The notes under the pieces were generated by a model. The model had not been told where the DNA came from, made no database searches, and worked only from the letters and a program-made list of their open reading frames with translations. DNA of 64,000 nucleotides. It comes from Candidatus Sulfomarinibacteraceae bacterium (lineage in GTDB: Bacteria > Acidobacteriota > Thermoanaerobaculia > Thermoanaerobaculales > Sulfomarinibacteraceae). The position numbers and the translations under genes were made by a program. The DNA lies in contig CAWCLO010000010.1 in assembly GCA_963796455.1 (NCBI GenBank), positions 672,001 to 736,000 of the forward strand, in the 5' to 3' direction. This document shows, piece after piece, positions 58,623 through 64,000 of this stretch. Within the stretch, counting starts at the first letter, position 1. Each line of letters opens with the position of its first letter.

Positions 58623-59435
58623 ATGAAACGTACGTTTGTCATTTTCGCTATTGCTTTGCTCGCGCTGGTCAGCGCCCCGAGCGACGTTCAGGCCGCAGAC
58701 AATGCGCCGATTTTGAGCCGGATCGTCGAAAGCGGGACCTTCCGCGTCGGTATGTCCGGGACCCAGCCGCCATTCACGGTGATGTCCAAAGCGGGCAATC
58801 TGATCGGCTACGAAGTTGATCTCGCCAATGTGCTCGCCGATGCCATGGGCGTCAAGGCCGAGTTTGTCCAGATGCCCTTCGGCGATCTGCTCGACGCACT
58901 CGAGGCCGGCAAGATCGACGCCATCATGTCGGGTATGACCATGACCCCCCGGCGCAACCTTCGCGCGGCCTTCGTCGGTCCCTATATCGTTTCCGGTAAG
59001 TCGATTCTGACCACTTCGAGCGCCCTGGCCGCCCTCCAGGATGCCGAGGAGATCGATCGTTCGACGATCAAGATCACCGCCCTCAAGGGCTCCACCAGCG
59101 AGAAGTTCGTCAAGACGGTGCTCGAAAAGACGACCTTTATCGGCGTCGATGACTATGATGCCGGTGTCCAGATGGTGCTCGACGGCAAGGCGGACGCCCT
59201 GGTGGCTGATTACCCGATCTGTGCATTGTCCTTGATGCGCTTCCCCGATGCCGGCCTCGCGACGCTGTCCGAGCCGATGACCATCGAGCCGATCGGTATT
59301 GCTCTCGCCCCCGGCGACTCGCTCTACGTCAACATGGTCACCAACTACCTCGGCGCCCTCGAAGGCCTCGGTCTGCTCGAGCTGCTCGAGGAGAAGTGGT
59401 TCGATGACGGCGGTTGGCTGATCCAACTTCCCTAA
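58623..59435 (+). CDS. amino-acid-type periplasmic substrate-binding protein (family 3)
   Basis: AGGAGG RBS; signal peptide; PPF, GYEVDLA, IDAIMSGMTMTPRR, EKWF. Confidence 0.9.
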   Translation: MKRTFVIFAIALLALVSAPSDVQAADNAPILSRIVESGTFRVGMSGTQPPFTVMSKAGNLIGYEVDLANVLADAMGVKAEFVQMPFGDLLDALEAGKIDAIMSGMTMTPRRNLRAAFVGPYIVSGKSILTTSSALAALQDAEEIDRSTIKITALKGSTSEKFVKTVLEKTTFIGVDDYDAGVQMVLDGKADALVADYPICALSLMRFPDAGLATLSEPMTIEPIGIALAPGDSLYVNMVTNYLGALEGLGLLELLEEKWFDDGGWLIQLP

Positions 59436-59486
59436 CAGTTTCCTCGAAGCCAAGCGCTTCAAACGAATCGCTGAAAAGCTGAATTG

Positions 59487-59512
59487 AGGTGGTGCAGTCG
59501 CACCACCTTTTT
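59487..59512 (+). terminator. intrinsic terminator
   Basis: AGGTGGTGC-AGTC-GCACCACCT followed by a T run. Confidence 0.75.
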
Positions 59513-59551
59513 CTTGGGTTAAGATTCTCGGACCCAGGCAGGAGGAAGTTG

Positions 59552-60880
59552 ATGATGTCAAAGAATCGGGCGGGCGGATTTCAAGGTTATTTCGAGTGGT
59601 TCGTCCGCTCCGAGGTCACGGGCAGTGTGCTGCTGCTGGCGTGCACTGTGGTGGCCCTCGTATGGGCCAACTCGCCCTGGGCCGACACCTACTTCGACCT
59701 CCTCCACACATATGTCGGCGTTTCATGGGGCGATGCGGTCTTCAAGTTGTCGCTCCACCACTGGATCAACGACGGCCTGATGGTCATCTTCTTCTTTGTC
59801 GTCGGTCTCGAGATCAAGCGCGAGTTGGTGGTCGGCGAACTGTCGTCGATCGAAAAGGCGAGCCTGCCTGTGGCGGCGGCCATCGGCGGCATGGTGGTGC
59901 CGGCGGCACTGTTCTTCTTCATCAACGCCGGGAGCGAGGGTGCACGGGGTTGGGGCATCCCGATGGCCACCGACATCGCGTTTGCGCTCGGCGTGCTGGC
60001 CATTTTCGGCTCCAGGGCACCGCTCGGGCTCAAGGTTTTTCTTACCGCCCTCGCCATCGCCGATGATCTCGGTGCGGTGGCGGTGATCGCGATTTTCTAT
60101 ACCGAAAAGATCAACATCGCCGCCCTCGGCGTCGGGTTCGTTCTGCTGGTACTGCTCTTTGCTGCAGTCCAACTCAACATTCGTCGCAGGGGATTCATCT
60201 ATCTGTTGATGATCGGCGTGTGGCTCGCGGTCTTTGCCTCTGGGATTCACGCCACGGTTGCTGGAATCCTGATGGCGATGATCATCCCGGTCCGACCGCG
60301 GATCGACCCGCACAGCTTTATCGACTCGACCGAAGCGCGGTTGGATCGCTTCAAACAGAAGGAACTCTCGCGAGAAAGCCTGATCAGCGATTACGAACAA
60401 TTGGAAATCGTCGAGGGCATCCACAGACGAGCCGAAGACACATTGCCTACCGGTCTGGTCCTGGAGCACTACCTGCATCCGATTCAGGTGTGGCTGATTC
60501 TGCCGCTCTTTGCCCTCGCCAACGCCGGTGTGGCCATCGGCGGTGATCTGATGGCGGTGCTGTCGAACCCGCTCGCTCTCGGCGTCATCGTCGGTCTGGT
60601 GGTCGGCAAACCGGTCGGTATCGGCCTGCTGAGTTGGCTGGCGGTGAAAAGCGGTCGCGGCGCGTTGCCGGAGGGGGTGACCTGGCTTCAGGTCGTAGGT
60701 GCCGGTTGTCTTGCCGGCATCGGATTCACCATGTCGCTCTTCATAGCCGACCTCGCTTTTGACAACGAAACGCTCATCGCCACCGCCAAGATCGGGATCA
60801 TCGCGGCGTCGCTCGTTTCGGGGGTCTTGGGATTCGTGATTTTGTCAAAATCTCTGCCGAAGGCTCCCGACTCAAAATGA
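59552..60880 (+). CDS. nhaA: Na+/H+ antiporter NhaA
   Basis: WINDGLM, GLEIKRE, ATDIAF, AIADDLG, GIHAT, FALANAGV, GIGFTMSLFI. Confidence 0.97.
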   Translation: MMSKNRAGGFQGYFEWFVRSEVTGSVLLLACTVVALVWANSPWADTYFDLLHTYVGVSWGDAVFKLSLHHWINDGLMVIFFFVVGLEIKRELVVGELSSIEKASLPVAAAIGGMVVPAALFFFINAGSEGARGWGIPMATDIAFALGVLAIFGSRAPLGLKVFLTALAIADDLGAVAVIAIFYTEKINIAALGVGFVLLVLLFAAVQLNIRRRGFIYLLMIGVWLAVFASGIHATVAGILMAMIIPVRPRIDPHSFIDSTEARLDRFKQKELSRESLISDYEQLEIVEGIHRRAEDTLPTGLVLEHYLHPIQVWLILPLFALANAGVAIGGDLMAVLSNPLALGVIVGLVVGKPVGIGLLSWLAVKSGRGALPEGVTWLQVVGAGCLAGIGFTMSLFIADLAFDNETLIATAKIGIIAASLVSGVLGFVILSKSLPKAPDSK

Positions 60881-60893
60881 CCGACCCGGTTCA

Positions 60894-60928
60894 ATCGCTA
60901 TCGCTATCGGAATCGCTATCGCTATCGA
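60894..60928. repeat. left arm: (ATCGCT)n hexamer array with one ATCGGA variant
   Basis: ATCGCT ATCGCT ATCGGA ATCGCT ATCGCT ATCGA. Confidence 0.95.
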
Positions 60929-60988
60929 ACTTGTACTTGAATCAGGTGCAGAGTAGGTCAGCACGGTTTGGTTCTCGAGGAGGAGCTC

Positions 60989-61381
60989 GTGGTATTCGCG
61001 CATGAAAGCCTGGATGTGTACCGGTTAGCCTTGGAGTACGTGGGTTTCGTGTTTGAGCTCTCTGATCGGCTCGAGGGGTCGGTACGCCATGCGCGAGATC
61101 AACTCCTGCGTGCGTCGCAGTCGATTCCACTCAACATCGCGGAGGGCAATGGAAAGGCGTCCGATGGCGACCGACGGAGATTTTTTGAGATTGCTCGTGG
61201 TTCAACTCTCGAGTGCGCTGCGATACAGGATGTGTTGCAGGTTCAGGGCATCCTGAGTGCGAATGAAAATCAGGTCGCCAAGGAGACGCTTGATCGTATC
61301 GCGGCGATGTTGACGAGGCTTGGCGGAAGAGGTTACTCGGTTGGGGAAGAGATCGACGGGTACGGTGACGCAAAGGACTGA
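60989..61381 (+). CDS. four-helix-bundle protein (23S rRNA IVS protein / Avd-like family)
   Basis: GAGGAGG RBS; F.HESLDVY, DQLLRASQSIPLNIAEG, RFFEIARGSTLEC. Confidence 0.92.
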   Translation: MVFAHESLDVYRLALEYVGFVFELSDRLEGSVRHARDQLLRASQSIPLNIAEGNGKASDGDRRRFFEIARGSTLECAAIQDVLQVQGILSANENQVAKETLDRIAAMLTRLGGRGYSVGEEIDGYGDAKD

Positions 61382-61396
61382 CCAAACGCCCTGCCA

Positions 61397-61436
61397 TTCG
61401 ATCCGATAGCGATAGCGATAGCGATTCCGATAGCGA
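61397..61436. repeat. right arm: (AGCGAT)n hexamer array, inverted relative to 60894-60928
   Basis: 61410-61436 is the exact reverse complement of 60901-60927 (27 bp). Confidence 0.95.
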
Positions 61437-61505
61437 AGCGCCCGCACATTGCTGCGCGGGCTATGAATGCGCGAAGAGGAGTGATGCCGTGACTGGAATC
61501 GGTTG

Positions 61506-62159
61506 TTACCAGCGGAAACCTACGTTGATCGGCATGAATGTCGAGGTGGACTCGGTTCCCACCCAGTGGTACTTGGCCTCGAGGTAGATCACCGAGTCGC
61601 TCTCGAGCCTGAAGGTGATCGCCGCGCCGATGGTGTAGCCGAAGTCGATCGACGACACGGAATCGTCGACCACGGCGCCAGGGGTGCACCCCCACCAACA
61701 CCACCAGGGATAATGGGGGTCGTAATTCGGTCCGCAGGTATAACCCGGCTCGGTCAGCTGGCCCTGGCTGTAGTAGGCGCCGAACCCTGCCTGGACGTTG
61801 AAGCCGACACGACCACCGGTCTTGAGTGCCCAGATTCCGCCCGCGGTCAGCGACCAGATCGACGCATCGCCCCCCGAAGACTCGTAAAAGTCGAGGGCGT
61901 CCCGGGTGATGCCGAAATCGTTGTATCCCAGTTCCATGACGATGCCGAGGGGCCAGTCATTTGGTTTGTAGGTCGCGCCGCCGCTGATGTTCCAGCCGCC
62001 CGAGAGAATATTGCCGGTGTCGCCCTGGGGCGACGAATAACCTGCTGCGATGTGGCCGAACCATTGTTGCCAGCTCTTGTCGAACTGGGCGTCAGCGGTT
62101 GCCGGGACCAGCACCAGCCCGAAAATCACGGCCAGAATCGGCAGACGTTTCAGATTCAT
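61506..62159 (-). CDS. outer-membrane beta-barrel protein (OmpA-TM-like)
   Basis: Signal peptide; alternating beta-strands; YLEAKYH ... PINVGFRW terminal aromatic motif. Confidence 0.8.
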   Translation of the reverse strand: MNLKRLPILAVIFGLVLVPATADAQFDKSWQQWFGHIAAGYSSPQGDTGNILSGGWNISGGATYKPNDWPLGIVMELGYNDFGITRDALDFYESSGGDASIWSLTAGGIWALKTGGRVGFNVQAGFGAYYSQGQLTEPGYTCGPNYDPHYPWWCWWGCTPGAVVDDSVSSIDFGYTIGAAITFRLESDSVIYLEAKYHWVGTESTSTFMPINVGFRW

Positions 62160-62366
62160 CGATGCGTCCCTCCCTGTGCCAGTTCAATTCGAATTCTCGC
62201 TGATTTGGTGTCGCGAATGCAACTTCCGGCCGGGTCTGGCGGGGTGTCGCCGGGCCATGGAATCACAGGGCGCTGGCTTTTGGCTGTAATTGTGCGATAA
62301 TGTCTCGACTTTTCCACGCTCGGCAGGGACAAAATTCTGCACGAGCCTGGGGGGAGAGATAGAGAT

Positions 62367-62708
62367 ATGGAAATCACCAAGCGCACTGTAGGCGACGTCA
62401 CAATTTTGGATCTCAACGGAAAGCTCACCATCGGCAAGGGGGACGTGGTCCTCCGCGATGCACTGGTAGCGGAACTCGAGGGGGGCAGCAAGGCCATTCT
62501 GATCAACCTCGATACGGTGAACACCATCGACTCATCAGGTCTTGGTGAGTTGATCCGCTGCAGGGTGACCTCGAAGTCTCACGAGGCGGAGGTCAAACTG
62601 CTCAACGTCAACATCAAAGCCCGTAAACTTCTGACCATGGCCCAGCTGGTCGGGGTCTTCGAGATGTTTGATGACGAAGAGCTGGCGGTGGCCTCTTTTT
62701 CTGCATAG
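62367..62708 (+). CDS. STAS-domain anti-sigma factor antagonist
   Basis: VTILDLNGKL, LINLDTVNTIDSSGLGELI. Confidence 0.92.
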   Translation: MEITKRTVGDVTILDLNGKLTIGKGDVVLRDALVAELEGGSKAILINLDTVNTIDSSGLGELIRCRVTSKSHEAEVKLLNVNIKARKLLTMAQLVGVFEMFDDEELAVASFSA

Positions 62709-62726
62709 TTTCTCGATTTCGTGATC

Positions 62727-62751
62727 AAAAGCGGGGGTCAGCCCCGCTTTT
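62727..62751. terminator. bidirectional intrinsic terminator
   Basis: AAAA GCGGGG GTCAG CCCCGC TTTT between convergent genes. Confidence 0.82.
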
Positions 62752-62775
62752 CTTGTGACCCGATGAAAACTCCGC

Positions 62776-62884
62776 CTTTGCGTCTTTGCGTTTCTGTTTC
62801 AAACTGAAAATCGAACACTCCTGAAGCACTCGGTGCTTCAGTGGACGATGCAGGGATATCCGCGTCAATCTGCGTAATCTGCGG
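62776..62884. repeat. orphan right arms of the CTTTGCG and ATCTGCG repeat types, plus a palindrome
   Basis: CTTTGCGT x2 at 62776-62791; CTGAAGCAC-TCG-GTGCTTCAG at 62821-62841; ATCCGCGTCA ATCTGCGTA ATCTGCGG at 62858-62884. Confidence 0.65.
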
Positions 62885-63037
62885 GAAAATGCAGGAGAAA
62901 CACACGCTACGAGCGCAGCCCTCGACACCGCCGGCACCATTTGGTTCTTTCGTGGTTGCGACGAGGTGGGCTGCCAACCTGGAATGAAAAGGCGCGCCCG
63001 GAAGGACGCGCCTGGATATTCTGGACTGAGACGTAGG

Positions 63038-64000
63038 CTAGCGGAGGTCGAGTTCGGCCGGTGCGCCTTCGTAGACCTCGATCGTTCCCTGGCGGGGACC
63101 GGCGGCGGTGCCGATCGAGATGACATACGAGTCTGCCTGCAAGGGCCCGATCCGAAGACCACCCGCGGTGGGCTGCGGCGGGCTGGCCATGAAGAGAAGG
63201 CTCGAGAGATCGACCCCATCCGTTGTCATGACGCGCACCGTCGGCATGCTTTTGGCGTTTCCATACAGCACGTCGATATAACCGCCGACGCCGAGGTCGA
63301 GGCTCGCCTGGAGTTGATCGCCGTCGTCGACGAGAAGTTCGGGGCCGCACCCGGTGGCGCCGCCGTAGGCAAATCCGCACGGCCGGTAGGCCCCGGCAGT
63401 GATGCCCGAGAAGGTGGCATGCCCGCCGGTGTCGGTGAAGCCGGTGGAGGTCTCCGGGCCCACGAGGTAGACCGGCGCGCCGCCGGCCGAACCGGCGATC
63501 GCGTTAACCGCCAACATGACGTTGCCGCCGTCAGGGGGCAGAAGCTCGAGCACGATCGGACCTTCGTTGCTACCATCGCGCAGATCGAACTCCGAGGGAA
63601 TCGAGGGTGCGAACTCGGTGTGGTCAGCGGTCAGAACGAGCTTGCCCGGTTCGAGACCGCGAACCGTGAACCGTCCTTCGCCGTCGGTGAATGCCGTGGC
63701 TTCCTGAATGCCATCGCCTGCAAGGGCGACGACCGAAGCTCCGGCCACTGCGAGGCCGTCGTCGTCAACCACAACACCTGAGACCGCCGCATCGGCGTAT
63801 TGGATGGTGCACTGGAATGTGTCGACATGAGGCACATCGAGGGGCTTTGTGACCGGTGCAGAACCACCGCCGGCTGGGGTGTAGGACACATAGTATCGAC
63901 CGGGAGTGAGCCCGGATCCCGCAAAGCGGCCGTCCGAGTTGACTGCAAAGGTCATCGGCTGCTGGTCGATGCCGAAGAACTGGCGATCGGCGGTGACCCG
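63038..64000 (-). CDS. carboxypeptidase-regulatory-like (beta-sandwich) repeat protein, 3' part (gene begins beyond the window)
   Basis: Frame open to 64000; SGVVVDDDGLAVAGASV...TDGEGRFTVRGLEPG-type repeats. Confidence 0.75.
   Translation of the reverse strand, partial: RVTADRQFFGIDQQPMTFAVNSDGRFAGSGLTPGRYYVSYTPAGGGSAPVTKPLDVPHVDTFQCTIQYADAAVSGVVVDDDGLAVAGASVVALAGDGIQEATAFTDGEGRFTVRGLEPGKLVLTADHTEFAPSIPSEFDLRDGSNEGPIVLELLPPDGGNVMLAVNAIAGSAGGAPVYLVGPETSTGFTDTGGHATFSGITAGAYRPCGFAYGGATGCGPELLVDDGDQLQASLDLGVGGYIDVLYGNAKSMPTVRVMTTDGVDLSSLLFMASPPQPTAGGLRIGPLQADSYVISIGTAAGPRQGTIEVYEGAPAELDLR

Noticed and set aside
60894..61436. 23S rRNA intervening sequence or diversity-generating retroelement
   Set aside because: No rRNA sequence flanks the gene, and I see no reverse transcriptase or template/variable repeat pair in the window

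Overview
GC-rich bacterial chromosomal window with no rRNA, tRNA, CRISPR array or transposase that I can recognise. Gene content suggests Acidobacteriota, possibly Thermoanaerobaculia-like (inference only). In order it carries: the 3' end of purB; rlpA; a large phosphate locus (phosphatase, porin-pstSCAB-phoU-phoBR behind a Pho-box-like array, and convergent PiT, Na/Pi cotransporter and PhoU-like genes); a lipid kinase; an ECF sigma/ZAS anti-sigma/Spy-like trio; rplU-rpmA-obgE-nadD-rsfS-rlmH-dksA-like-holA; a GAF-PP2C and a sigma54 regulator; manC; a HAD hydrolase; an active/inactive pair of DUF3857-transglutaminase proteins; rsgA; a divergent class III cyclase facing a cNMP-DUF4388 protein plus a two-component system; mnmA; SMUG1; ggt; a dynamin-like GTPase; a VPS10 protein; a pentameric ligand-gated ion channel; an amino-acid binding protein; nhaA; a four-helix-bundle gene; an outer-membrane barrel; and a STAS protein. 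The most striking unexplained signal is in the intergenic DNA. Many of the larger intergenic gaps hold pairs of inverted short tandem-repeat arrays (6-9 nt units, different unit sequences), and one such pair, with a perfect 27-bp inverted match, encloses the four-helix-bundle gene. This looks like a family of 'full' and 'empty' repeat-bracketed cassettes. Several start codons were adjusted from the ORF track using RBS or -10 evidence. All family assignments come from motif recognition by eye, not from database searches.
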